64,000 bases of DNA. Origin: an uncultured Verrucomicrobiae bacterium. Lineage in GTDB: Bacteria; Verrucomicrobiota; Verrucomicrobiia; Chthoniobacterales; UBA10450. Positions 20,546 through 34,774 of this stretch are shown in pieces. The stretch is taken from assembly GCA_963726745.1 (NCBI GenBank), contig CAVSDR010000002.1, forward strand, positions 320,001 through 384,000. The letters run 5' to 3'. The notes below the pieces were generated by a model, which worked only from the letters and a program-made list of their open reading frames with translations, searched no databases and was not told the DNA's origin. The position numbers and the translations under genes are program-made. Positions within the stretch are counted from its first letter, which is position 1; the number at the start of each line of letters is the position of its first letter.

Positions 20546-21340
20546 CTATTTCGTGGAAATCGCCTGGTCGAGCCGCGTGGTAATCTCGTTGATTCGTTTG
20601 ACCGACTGCGCAGAGATGCCCCCGTCGGCTACATCGATCAAAGGTTTTACCTCGACCAACCCGGCGCGGATGTCCTGCAGAAGCTTGGAATTGAACTGCG
20701 GCATGGAGCGCAACCGCTCGTCGAAGTAACTCAGAAGATCTGGCTGATGGAGCAGTTCGGCGCCGTCGCTGGAAAATTTCTTGTTCACCACCGAGGTCAA
20801 AACCTCCGTGCCGCGGAGCCAGCCGCCGAGGCTGACCAAATGCGAGAGCTTCTCGTCATCCACTTCGCGCATCGCCTGCTGCACGGAGTTTTGGGTCCGG
20901 TCGAGTTCCTGTTTCACCGTCGCCCAGTTGCGCTTATCGGCGGCTTCCGTGATCGCCTTCGCGTGCGGGGTGATTGAATTGCCCACGCCGATTCCCTTGG
21001 CGAGGCCGAGGACACGCTGGCCGATATCCTTCACCGTGGGCGCGTCTTCCGCCTGCACCGCAATGAAGCCGTCGGCAATCACCGTCCCGAGCAGCAGCGC
21101 GATCCGCGGGCGCTCGGTGAAATTGTTCCCCTTGTCGTTGCGCACGTATTCCTTCCAGTTCACCCCGCCGAGCTTGTTCAAGGCGCCGAAGATCTCGTTA
21201 GGCAGCGGCACGACTACATCCTCCACCCGCTTAAACGGTTTCAGATCGATTTGTCGCGGAGCGTCCGCGGCCAGTGTGGTGAGGGACAGGCCGGTCGCCG
21301 CGAGCGCGAGCAGCTTGAGAAAATTTGAAAAATGGATCAT
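20546..21340 (-). CDS. Hypothetical secreted alpha-helical protein
   Basis: Signal peptide; helical body with SLGGWLRG motif; 2 bp from the next gene. Confidence 0.72.
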   Translation of the reverse strand: MIHFSNFLKLLALAATGLSLTTLAADAPRQIDLKPFKRVEDVVVPLPNEIFGALNKLGGVNWKEYVRNDKGNNFTERPRIALLLGTVIADGFIAVQAEDAPTVKDIGQRVLGLAKGIGVGNSITPHAKAITEAADKRNWATVKQELDRTQNSVQQAMREVDDEKLSHLVSLGGWLRGTEVLTSVVNKKFSSDGAELLHQPDLLSYFDERLRSMPQFNSKLLQDIRAGLVEVKPLIDVADGGISAQSVKRINEITTRLDQAISTK

Positions 21341-21494
21341 CCGGAGCTTCGACTGTTGATTTGGACTTCTATTCAGGATTAGTGGTTAACTCTAGGCGGA
21401 ACTTGGCAGCGCACAATTTACCCCTCGGCGACATTTTGACAGTCCTATTTCGCAATGCCTCGCCGAGCTGTGTCGCCGGCCCCTTTTCTCCAGC

Positions 21495-22496
21495 ATGACG
21501 CCGGCGCGCCTCGACCAAATCCTCTCCCGCGCCGCCAGCAAGCGCATTCTCGTAATCGGCGACCTGATGCTGGACGAGTTTGTCTGGGGAAAGGTCGGCC
21601 GCATCTCGCCCGAGGCACCCGTGCCGGTGGTCGAGGTCACCGGCGAGAGCTTTTATCCCGGCGGCGCGGCCAACGTCGCCCGCAACCTTCGCGAATTTAG
21701 CCAGCAACCTTTGGTCGTCGGCCTCGTCGGGTGCGATCGCGGCGGAGTGGAACTTTGCCGCCTGCTCGAGGAGTGCGCCATCGACACCTCGAGCACGCTG
21801 CAGGACGCCGCTTTCCCTACGATCGTAAAAACGCGCATCATCGCCCGGCAGCAGCAGGTCGTGCGCGTCGACCGCGAGCAAATCCGCCCGCCAAGCGCGG
21901 ACCAGGTCAACGAGGTGGTCGAGCGCCTGCGCGCCCGCATGGACGAGATCGATGCGCTCGTGTTCGAGGATTACGGGAAAGGCTTCCTCTCTGCGGAATT
22001 GGTCGCGCGCGTGACCGAGGCCGCCGCGGGCAAGATCATCACGGTCGATCCAAACCCGCGGCACGCCGTTGCTTGGAAAAACGTCACCGCGGTGAAGCCC
22101 AACCGCCTCGAGGCCTTTCACGCTGCCGGCCTTCCCTGGACCGATCCGGTCGAGCCTGCGACCGCGGACCAAAGCCTGCGCGAGGTTGGGCAGAAGTTGC
22201 TGGCTAAATGGGGCACGCAATACCTCCTGATCACTCTCGGCGAGCAGGGCATGATGCTTTTCGAAGGCGAGGAGGTGCGCCACATCCCGACAAAGGCGCG
22301 CCAGGTCTTCGACGTCTCTGGTGCGGGCGACACCGCGATTGCGCTTTTTACCCTCGCCCTCTGCGGCGGAGGGAGCGCTTTCGAAGCGGCGGACATTGCC
22401 AATCACGCCAGCGCGGTCGTCGTCGGCAAGCTCGGCACGGCCACGGTCACGCGCGCGGAACTCGTCGCCAGCTACGAGGATGACTTCGCAGCCTAA
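21495..22496 (+). CDS. hldA: D-glycero-beta-D-manno-heptose-7-phosphate kinase (RfaE domain I)
   Basis: IGDLMLDEFVWGKVGRISPEAPVPVV, GGAANVA, KTRIIA..QQVVRVD, DYGKG, VFDVSGAGDT. Confidence 0.92.
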   Translation: MTPARLDQILSRAASKRILVIGDLMLDEFVWGKVGRISPEAPVPVVEVTGESFYPGGAANVARNLREFSQQPLVVGLVGCDRGGVELCRLLEECAIDTSSTLQDAAFPTIVKTRIIARQQQVVRVDREQIRPPSADQVNEVVERLRARMDEIDALVFEDYGKGFLSAELVARVTEAAAGKIITVDPNPRHAVAWKNVTAVKPNRLEAFHAAGLPWTDPVEPATADQSLREVGQKLLAKWGTQYLLITLGEQGMMLFEGEEVRHIPTKARQVFDVSGAGDTAIALFTLALCGGGSAFEAADIANHASAVVVGKLGTATVTRAELVASYEDDFAA

Positions 22497-23008
22497 CGAG
22501 CGCATTCCCGCGGTTTTCCTCGATCGCGACGGCACGATTATGCGCGACGTGGAATACTGCAGCGATCCCGCGCGCGTGGAGGTATTTCCCGGTGCAGCCG
22601 CGGCGCTCGCGCGCTTGCGCAAAGCAGGCTACAAGCTGGTCATCATCACCAATCAGAGCGGCCTTGGGCGGGGCTATTTTACCGAGACGGATTACCACGC
22701 GGTGGAGCGCGAACTGGACCGACAATTAGGCAGCCAGCTGATCGATGCGCGCTATTTCTGCCCGGACAAACCGGACGCCGCGAGCGCGCGCCGGAAGCCG
22801 GGCATCGGCATGATCCAGGAAGCGGCTCGCGACCTCGAGCTGGATCTCGCGCGCTCCTTTTTCGTGGGCGACAAGGCAATCGATGCCGAGTGCGGCCGCG
22901 CCGCCGGCTTGCGCACGATCGTCGTGCAAACTGGCCTGCGTGATGAAAGCGCCGCCGGCGACTGGGCCGCGCGCGACCTCGCGGAAGCGGCGGAAATCAT
23001 CCTGCGCC

Positions 23009-23019
<11 letters not shown>
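22480..23019 (+). CDS. gmhB: D,D-heptose 1,7-bisphosphate phosphatase (HAD IIIA)
   Basis: [38 protein letters not shown]. Confidence 0.9.
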
Positions 23020-26303
<3,284 letters not shown>

Positions 26304-26307
<4 letters not shown>

Positions 26308-27444
26308 TTGGTCGCGGTCAGGGCTGCGCGGGCCTGGGTGACGCGCGCGATCGCATCTTCCACGGTGTCGCCCATCGCGGTCAGGTGGCCCATTTTGCGT
26401 CGCGGGCGCGGCTCGGATTTGCCGTAGAGATGCAAGTGAATCCCCTCGCTCCTGCAAGGCCTCGAGCCAGCACGGTTCGCCTTGTTGCCAGACGCCGCCG
26501 AGGATGTTCGCCATCGCCGCCGGGCGGAGGATTTCGGTCGAGCCAAGCGGCAACCCGCAGACCGCGCGCAGCTGTTGCTCGAACTGGCTGGTGGCGCAGG
26601 CCTCGATCGTCCAATGCCCGGAATTGTGCGGGCGCGGCGCCAGTTCGTTGACTAAAATCTCGCCGCCTGGTTTCACGAACATCTCGACCGCGAGCAGGCC
26701 GACGAGCCCGAGCTTCTCGGCGATCTCGCGCGCAAGCGCCGCCGCATTCGTGGCCACGCTTTCGCTCACCCGGGCAGGCGCCACCGTGATGTCGAGGATG
26801 TGGTGCTTGTGGATGTTTTCGCAGACCGGGAAAGTGCTCATGGTCCCGTCCGGCGAGCGTGCGACGATCACGGAAATCTCGCGCTCAAACTGCACCGCGC
26901 CCTCCAGAACCATCCCTTCGGCGGGCGCGCTCCCCCAAATCTCATCAAAGTCTTCGCGCGAGTTGATCGTCTGCTGGCCTTTGCCGTCGTAGCCGAACGC
27001 GGCGGTCTTCAAAATCGCCGGTCGCCCGATCTGCTCGATCGCGTTGGCTAATTCCTGCGCGCTCCGGACGGCGCGGAACGGTGCGATCGGAACGCCAGCG
27101 CTGGTCAGGAATTCTTTTTCGCGCAGGCGATTTTGCGCAATGTGCAGAATCGAGCCGGCTGGACGGACGTCGCGCACCTCGGCGCACCATTCGACCGTCT
27201 GCGCGGGGATGTTCTCGAACTCGAACGTGACCACGTCGACGTCGCCGGCGAACTTTCGCACAGCCGCTTCGCTACCGTAATCAGCGATGCGGGTAAGGTC
27301 AGCGAACTGTCCCGCTGGGCTTTCTTCCTCGGGGGTGAAAACCTCGACGCGGTAACCCATGCGACGCGCTTCCATCGCCAGCATGCGGCCCAACTGGCCG
27401 CCGCCCATGACGCCGATAACCGAGCCCGGCAGGTAAGTGCTCAT
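26304..27444 (-). CDS. purK: N5-carboxyaminoimidazole ribonucleotide synthase; one frameshift near 26445
   Basis: [37 protein letters not shown]-terminal [16 protein letters not shown] lies in another frame ending at 26304. Confidence 0.93.
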
Positions 27445-27938
27445 GGGAGCTTTTGCGCGAGCACCGAAGCGGTCTGCCGTTGGCGAAACGCCTCCACGTT
27501 GGCGCGCACCTTGGCGTTCGTTAGGCCAACGATGCTGGCGGCGAGCAGGCCGGCGTTTTTCGCGCCGGGAATGCCGATCGCGAGCGTGCCGACGGCGATG
27601 CCGCCGGGCATCTGCGCGATCGAAAGGAGCGAGTCGAGCCCGTTGAGCGCCTTCGATTCCACCGGCACGCCGAGGACCGGAAGCCAGGTCTGGGCCGCGA
27701 TCATGCCGGGTAAATGGGCCGCGCCACCCGCGCCCGCGATGATCACCCGAAGGCCGCGCCCGGCGGCTTCGTGGGAAAATTTAGTCATCAAATCGGGCGT
27801 GCGATGGGCCGAGACGATGCGGTTTTCATTCGGCACCCCGAGTTCCTCGAGCATCTCGACCGCGTGCCGCATGGTCTCCCAATCGGACTGGCTGCCCATG
27901 ACCACGGCGACGAGAGCGGAGGATTTTGACGTGGCCAT
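27441..27938 (-). CDS. purE: N5-CAIR mutase
   Basis: [48 protein letters not shown]. Confidence 0.96.
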   Translation of the reverse strand: MATSKSSALVAVVMGSQSDWETMRHAVEMLEELGVPNENRIVSAHRTPDLMTKFSHEAAGRGLRVIIAGAGGAAHLPGMIAAQTWLPVLGVPVESKALNGLDSLLSIAQMPGGIAVGTLAIGIPGAKNAGLLAASIVGLTNAKVRANVEAFRQRQTASVLAQKLP

Positions 27939-28062
27939 GATCTGCGAAAAGATGACTTCCCGCAGACGAGCGGGTTGTAAAGAGTTTTTGCGTTGGGCGA
28001 GGGTCCTCGATGGTTCCGAGGAGCTCGATTGCCAGCGTCCTCTCGGGCTCCGAAGTTGAGTC

Positions 28063-28572
28063 ATGTCGGATCGCGGAAAAGCCACCGTTCTCATCGGCTT
28101 CATGGGCGCGGGAAAGTCGGCTGCCGGCCGCGTGCTCGCGGAGCGGTCAGGGCTGCCGTTGCGCGAGACCGACGAGCTGGTCAGCGCCCGCACCGGGCGG
28201 ACGATCACGCAGCTTTTTGCGGAGGAAGGCGAAGCTGCTTTTCGCGACGCGGAGAGCGCGGTGATCCACGCGCTCGCGGCGGAACCAGCGATCGTCGTCA
28301 CGGGCGGCGGAGCGATTTTGCGGCCGGAAAACGTCGCCTGTTTTCGGCGTCTCGGGCAGGTGGTGCACCTCACCGCCGACCCGGAAATTCTTTTCGGCCG
28401 CGTCTCCGGCGAGACGACGCGCCCGCTCCTCCTCGGCGAGAATTCGCGCGCGACCTTTGCCCGCTTGTTCGCAGAACGCGCCCCACTCTACGCCGCCGCG
28501 GCCGATTGGACGATCGACACCGCCGGGTTAACGCCGGAGGAAGTGGCGGAGGAAATCCTGCGCCATGAGTGA
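28063..28572 (+). CDS. aroK: Shikimate kinase
   Basis: [33 protein letters not shown]. Confidence 0.92.
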   Translation: MSDRGKATVLIGFMGAGKSAAGRVLAERSGLPLRETDELVSARTGRTITQLFAEEGEAAFRDAESAVIHALAAEPAIVVTGGGAILRPENVACFRRLGQVVHLTADPEILFGRVSGETTRPLLLGENSRATFARLFAERAPLYAAAADWTIDTAGLTPEEVAEEILRHE

Positions 28573-29644
28573 GTTGAAAGTGGAACTGGTCGAGCGCGCG
28601 CTCGCGCTGGGCTTCGATGCCTGCCGGGTGGCAGCCGCGCGGTCGCCGCGTCACACCGCGGAGTTTCGCGAGTGGCTGCGCGACGGCGCCGCCGGCGAGA
28701 TGAGCTGGATCGAACGCGGTGCGGAAAAGCGGAGCGACCCGCAGCTCGTGCTGCCCGGCGTGCAGTCGGTCGTCGTGCTGGCGCTGAATTATTGGCAAGG
28801 CGACACGCCTTCGCCGCCCGCGCGCGGCCGGATCGCGCGCTACGCCTGGGGCGCGGATTACCACGACATCATGCTGCCTAAATTGCGCGCGCTGGATGAA
28901 TTCCTCCGCGAACACGGCGGCACGCAGCGATGCTACGTCGACACCGGCCCGGTGCTGGAGCGCGATTTCGCGGCCGAGGCGGGGATCGGTTGGCAGGGAA
29001 AAAGCACCATGCTGCTCGATCGCCGGCTCGGGACCTGGTTCTTCCTCGGCGAGATTTTGACGACGCTTTCACTCGCGCCCGATGCACCGCAGACAGCGCA
29101 TTGCGGCAGCTGCACCCGCTGCATGGCGGCGTGCCCCACGAGCGCGATCACCGCGCCGCACCGGCTCGATGCGCGGCGCTGCATTTCCTATCTCACGATC
29201 GAACTCAAAGGCGCCATCCCGCTGGAGCTGCGGCCGCTCATCGGCGATCGCATTTACGGCTGCGACACTTGTCTCGACGTCTGCCCGTGGAACCGCTTTG
29301 CCGCGGTCGCGCGCGAGACCGCGCTGCACGCGCGCCCGGAAGTAGCGGCGCTGGAACTGCGCGAGTTCCTTGCGCTGGACGACGCGCGCTTTCGCACGCT
29401 TTTTCGCGGGTCGCCGATCAAGCGGATCAAGCGCCGCGGCTTCCTGCGAAATGTCTGCGTCGCGCTCGGGAATGTCGGCACGCGCGACGATCTCCCGGCG
29501 CTCGCGCGCGCCGCGGCCGATCCCGAGCCGTTGATCGCGGGACACGCGGCCTGGGCGATCGCGCAAATCGAGGCGCGAGCGGTGGCGACGGCGACGGAGT
29601 TTGCAGAAAGCGCCGCCGCGCGCACAGTCAGCGCTATCGCATGA
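28565..29644 (+). CDS. queG: Epoxyqueuosine reductase
   Basis: IARYAWGADYH, YVDTGPVLER, CGSCTRCMAACPT, DARRCISYLTIE, GCDTCLDVCPWN. Confidence 0.95.
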   Translation: MSELKVELVERALALGFDACRVAAARSPRHTAEFREWLRDGAAGEMSWIERGAEKRSDPQLVLPGVQSVVVLALNYWQGDTPSPPARGRIARYAWGADYHDIMLPKLRALDEFLREHGGTQRCYVDTGPVLERDFAAEAGIGWQGKSTMLLDRRLGTWFFLGEILTTLSLAPDAPQTAHCGSCTRCMAACPTSAITAPHRLDARRCISYLTIELKGAIPLELRPLIGDRIYGCDTCLDVCPWNRFAAVARETALHARPEVAALELREFLALDDARFRTLFRGSPIKRIKRRGFLRNVCVALGNVGTRDDLPALARAAADPEPLIAGHAAWAIAQIEARAVATATEFAESAAARTVSAIA

Positions 29645-29809
29645 AACTTCTTTTTCTGGCCGCGCTCGCAGGTGGCGGCTCTTGTTCTCGGCGGTTGCGC
29701 CAGTGGTCTCGAAACCGACGACACCGACCGCGGCCCGGCGGCCTTCTCCGCCGATCCGATGGGCCATATCCCGGTGCCGCGGGAGAGCCATTTCGCCGAT
29801 CCGCGCTAA
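29641..29809 (+). CDS. Small lipoprotein (~55 aa), apparently split by one extra base near 29671
   Basis: MKLLFLAALA continues after a +1 shift as VAALVLGGC-ASGLETDDTDRGPAAFSADPMGHIPVPRESHFADPR*, giving an LGGC lipobox; ATGA overlap with queG. Confidence 0.55.
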
Positions 29810-29917
29810 CGCTGGCGCCGCCCGTTTTTTCGCTTTTCCCGCTTGAACGCCGCGCCTCGAATCGCGGTCTGAGAAAGCTACCCATTCGCCTGGCCTTCCG
29901 CTAGGCTCCACCCCCTG

Positions 29918-31309
29918 ATGCAACAAACTCTCTCCCGGCCAGCCGCGTCCACCGCGCCGGCCGAGCCCGCGCCGGTCTCGCCGCTCGCTTCGAAAAAGAA
30001 GCGTTCGCGCCGCCGGCGTTATCTCATTATTGGAATCGTCGGCCTGCTCGTGGCCTGGCTGGTGATCTCGATCATCAACGGCAAACGCGAGAAACCACTC
30101 CCGGTGCAAACCGAAAAGGCGATCCGGCGGACGATCATCCAGACGGTCTCGGCGACCGGCAAGATCCAGCCCGAAGTGGAAGTCAAAATCTCCCCGGAAG
30201 TAGCCGGCGAGATCACCGAGTTGCCCGTGGAGGACGGGATGAAAGTGAAGAAAGGCGCGCTCCTCTTGAAGATCCGGCCGGATAGCTACAAGGCGATCCT
30301 CGAGGCGCAGGAAGCGTCGATCAGCTCCGCCCGTGCGACCAGCTTGCAACTGAAGGCGGCAGCCTTCAAGGCCGACGCCGATCTCAAGCGGGCGCAGGAT
30401 TTGTTTAACAAGAAGATGATCTCGGAATCCGAGATGGTCGCAGCGCAGACGACGAACGAAGTGGCCAAGGCGAACTTTGACAGCTCGCTGCACGAGATCG
30501 AGCGCGCCGAAGCCGGGTCCAGCCAGGCGCGCGACCAGCTTTCCAAGACCACCATCTATTCGCCGATCGATGGCACGGTCACGGTCTTGAATAGCAAGCG
30601 CGGCGAGCGCGTGGTCGCGACCAACCAATTCGCCGGCACCGAAGTGATGCGCGTGGCCGACCTGACGAACATGGAGGCGCGGGTCGACGTGAACGAGAAC
30701 GACGTGGTCAACGTAAAGGTGGGCGACAAAACGATCATCGCGATCGATGCCTACGGAGAGCGGAAATTCCACGGCACCGTCGCGCAGATCGCGAACACCG
30801 GGAAAACCACCGGCGCGGCCACCCAGGAAGAAGTGACCAATTTTGAGGTCAAGATCCACATCGACGACAACGATGTGCAGCTTCGCCCGGGTCTGAGTTG
30901 CACTGCGGATATCCAGACCGACATGGTCGAGAACGCCGTCGCCGTGCCGATGCAGAGCGTGACCATTCGCACCGGAGACAGCAACTTGAGCCCGGAAGAA
31001 ATCGAGAAGCGCAAGGCGAAGCAGGCCGCGAGCGACAAGGGCGATAACGCCGCCGAGCTCACAAACGAGCGCCAGGAAAAGCGCGCCGAGCGCGAAGAGC
31101 GCGAGAAGATGTCCAAGGGCGTCTTCCTCAAAACGGGCGGCGTGGTCAAATGGCAGAAGGTCACCACTGGAATCGCCGACGACACTTTCATGGAGATCAA
31201 AAGCGGGGTGCAACCCGGCGATGAAGTGATTTCCGGGAGCTACAGCGCGATCAGCCGCAAGCTCAAGGATGGCGCCAAGGTGGAGATCGAGAAGGAAGCG
31301 AAGAAGTAG
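29918..31309 (+). CDS. Efflux periplasmic adaptor subunit (MacA/HlyD-like)
   Basis: N-terminal TM, SATGKIQP, ISPEVAGEI, coiled coil, IYSPIDGTV, LRPGLS. Confidence 0.9.
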   Translation: MQQTLSRPAASTAPAEPAPVSPLASKKKRSRRRRYLIIGIVGLLVAWLVISIINGKREKPLPVQTEKAIRRTIIQTVSATGKIQPEVEVKISPEVAGEITELPVEDGMKVKKGALLLKIRPDSYKAILEAQEASISSARATSLQLKAAAFKADADLKRAQDLFNKKMISESEMVAAQTTNEVAKANFDSSLHEIERAEAGSSQARDQLSKTTIYSPIDGTVTVLNSKRGERVVATNQFAGTEVMRVADLTNMEARVDVNENDVVNVKVGDKTIIAIDAYGERKFHGTVAQIANTGKTTGAATQEEVTNFEVKIHIDDNDVQLRPGLSCTADIQTDMVENAVAVPMQSVTIRTGDSNLSPEEIEKRKAKQAASDKGDNAAELTNERQEKRAEREEREKMSKGVFLKTGGVVKWQKVTTGIADDTFMEIKSGVQPGDEVISGSYSAISRKLKDGAKVEIEKEAKK

Positions 31310-31321
31310 CGGCGCGCCGGC

Positions 31322-32040
<719 letters not shown>

Positions 32041-32044
<4 letters not shown>

Positions 32045-33291
32045 AGCGGTTTCTCTACGAGCTGAGCGAGAGCTGGAAGATCGCGCTCGCGCAAATGGAG
32101 GCGAACAAGACGCGCTCCATGCTCACCGCGCTCGGCGTGATCATCGGGATCGTCGCGGTCACGCTCATGGGCACGGCCATTACCGGAATCCAGAGCGGCT
32201 TCGACAAGAGCATGGCCATCCTCGGCGATGACGTGCTCTACGTGAGCCAGTTTCCCTGGGCGCGGGTGAATGATTGGTGGAACTACCGCGACCGGCGCGA
32301 GATCAAAACGGAGTATGCGGAAACGCTCAACCGCTTAATCGCGGCGACGCCCAACAGCAATCTCCTGCTCGCGGTGCCGACGTCGAATGTGGTCCGCACG
32401 GTCAAAGCCGGCGACAGCCAGGTTAGCAGCATTTTCATTCAAGGAACCACCGCGGAGTATCCGCTCATCTCCACGGTGGACTTCGACGAGGGCCGCTTCT
32501 TTAACGACGCCGAAACGCGCGGCGCAGCCAATGTCTGCCTGCTCGGTTACGACGTCGCCGATGCGCTTTTCCCCGGCGCCAGCCCGATCGACAAGGCTGT
32601 GCTGATAAACGGACAGCAACTCAAAGTCATCGGCGTGGGCGCGCGGCAGGGATCGTTTCTCGGGCTCTTCAGTCTCGACTCGATCGTGATCGTGCCGCTG
32701 CCGACGTTCCGGAAATATTTCAGCTCCAAGAGCGAGTCGGACGTGCGGGTGAAGGTGAAGGATAAAACCAAGCTCGAAGAAGCGAAGGATGAGCTGACTG
32801 GCCTGATGCGGCGGGTGCGCGCGCTGCCGCCGGAGAAGAAAAACGATTTCAACATCAACGAGCAGCAGGCCTTTAAGAGCACGCTCGATCCGGTGAAGAA
32901 CTCGATCGCGATTGCCGGCCTTTTCATTACCGGGCTTTCACTTTTTGTCGGCGCGATCGGGATCATGAACATCACTTTCGTGAGCGTGAAGGAACGCACG
33001 AAAGAGATCGGCACACGCAAAGCGCTGGGCGCGCGGCGGCGCACGATTCTCCTGCAATTCCTGATCGAGTCGACTGCGCTTTGCCTGGCCGGCGGGCTCA
33101 TCGGCCTGGCTTTTGCCTACCTGATGTCGGTCGGGATCGGACGCGCCTTCCCCTCCTTCCCGGTGCAGTTTTCCATGGCTCTCGTGCTCGTGAGCATGCT
33201 CGTCTCGGTCCTCACCGGCCTCATCTCCGGCTTCGCTCCCGCCTGGTCCGCCTCCCGCCTCGATCCCGTGACGGCGCTGCGTTATGAGTGA
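32041..33291 (+). CDS. ABC transporter permease (MacB/FtsX-like)
   Basis: [50 protein letters not shown]. Confidence 0.93.
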
Positions 33292-33403
33292 GCGCGGATT
33301 AACCACCGCGGGCAGGGAGAACACCGGGGTTCCGGAGGGAATCAATCGAACCACGGAAGTGATGATTGATGCGGCCTTGGAGGTCCATCGCGCTCTCAGC
33401 TAA
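33284..33403 (+). pseudogene. Truncated GxxExxY-family (PD-(D/E)xK-like) gene remnant, 39 aa
   Basis: [39 protein letters not shown]; resembles the N-terminus of GxxExxY proteins (..IIGAAIEVHRxLGPG..E..Y) and stops just before the signature. Confidence 0.6.
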
Positions 33404-33411
33404 TTATTTCA

Positions 33412-34647
33412 ATGCGCTATCGCGAAATCATCTCCATGGCTTTGCAGTCGTTAGGCGCGAATAAGCTGCGCTCTGGGCTGACCATGAGCGGGATCACCAT
33501 CGGCGTTTTTTCGGTGATCTCGGTGATGACCGCGATCGCGGCGCTTCAGACTTCGATCGAGAGCGGGATCAGTTTTCTCGGGTCGAATATTTTTCAATTT
33601 GCGAAATATCCCGTGAGCGGCGGCGCCGGCGGACGGAACGCGGAAAAGTATGAGAACCGGCGCAATGTGACCTACGCCCAGGCGTTGCGTTACTACAGCT
33701 TGATGGAGGAGGTGGCGGCGGAGATTTGCCTGAAGACTTTCGACTTCCGCGGCCAGGCGACTTACAACGGCCTCAAGACCCCGCCAAGCCTCACCGTCGC
33801 CGGGACGAACAAGAGCTTCCTCATCGCGAACTCCTACACCCTGGCTTACGGGCGGAACTTAACAGATGAGGACGTGGAGCTTTCGCGGCGCGTGGTGGTC
33901 GTCGGAAAAACGCTCGAGAAGACGCTCTTCCCGCACGAATCGCCCATCGGCAAAACGATCAAGCTCAACGGCCACCCGGTAACGATCATCGGGGTAATGA
34001 ACGAAAAAGGGACCGCCTTTGGCCAAAGCCAGGATGACATCTGCGCGATGCCGATCACGCGTTTCTTCGAGGACTTCGGCTCGGCCAAGCGGACGGTTAA
34101 TATCGCCACGCAGGCGCACTCGCAGGAGACCTACAATCGCACGCTCGACAAGGCGATCGGCGCGATGAGGATCGCCCGCGGGCTCAAGCCAAATCAGCCA
34201 AACGATTTCGAAGTCTATTCGAACGATTCCCTGAAAAGCGCCTTCGCCTCGATTGCCGGCGTGGTCCGCATCGGCGCCTTTGTCATCAGCTTGATCGCGC
34301 TGGTCGCCGCTGGGATCGGGATCATGAACATCATGCTCGTGAGCGTGACTGAGCGGACAAAGGAAATCGGCATCCGCAAGTCCATTGGCGCGCGCAGCGG
34401 CGACATCCTCCGGCAGTTCCTCACCGAGGCGGTCTTCATCTCGCAGGCGGGCGGCATTCTGGGCATTCTCCTGGGAGTTTTAGGCGGCGATTTGCTGGCT
34501 CTCTGGTTGCAGGCCGACTTGATTTTCCCCTACGGTTGGGCCCTCGCGGGCCTGGTGGTCTGCTCGGCCATCGGTATTGGGTTCGGCTTTTATCCTGCGT
34601 GGCGAGCCGCTTCGCTGGATCCGATTGAAGCATTGCGCTTCGAGTGA
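33412..34647 (+). CDS. ABC transporter permease (MacB/FtsX-like)
   Basis: NKLRSGLTMSGITIG, GIGIMNIMLVSVTERTKEIGIRKSIGA, AASLDPIEALRFE. Confidence 0.93.
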   Translation: MRYREIISMALQSLGANKLRSGLTMSGITIGVFSVISVMTAIAALQTSIESGISFLGSNIFQFAKYPVSGGAGGRNAEKYENRRNVTYAQALRYYSLMEEVAAEICLKTFDFRGQATYNGLKTPPSLTVAGTNKSFLIANSYTLAYGRNLTDEDVELSRRVVVVGKTLEKTLFPHESPIGKTIKLNGHPVTIIGVMNEKGTAFGQSQDDICAMPITRFFEDFGSAKRTVNIATQAHSQETYNRTLDKAIGAMRIARGLKPNQPNDFEVYSNDSLKSAFASIAGVVRIGAFVISLIALVAAGIGIMNIMLVSVTERTKEIGIRKSIGARSGDILRQFLTEAVFISQAGGILGILLGVLGGDLLALWLQADLIFPYGWALAGLVVCSAIGIGFGFYPAWRAASLDPIEALRFE

Positions 34648-34774
34648 TCCGGCGCCATGCAACGGCCCGCCAGCGAAGGGGTCTAACTCAGGGGACGTCG
34701 GCCGGGTCGAAAATTGAGTTCTTGGTAAAATTCGGCCGTTTCTCCTATTCTAGCAATTCCACTCCGTCTCACCT

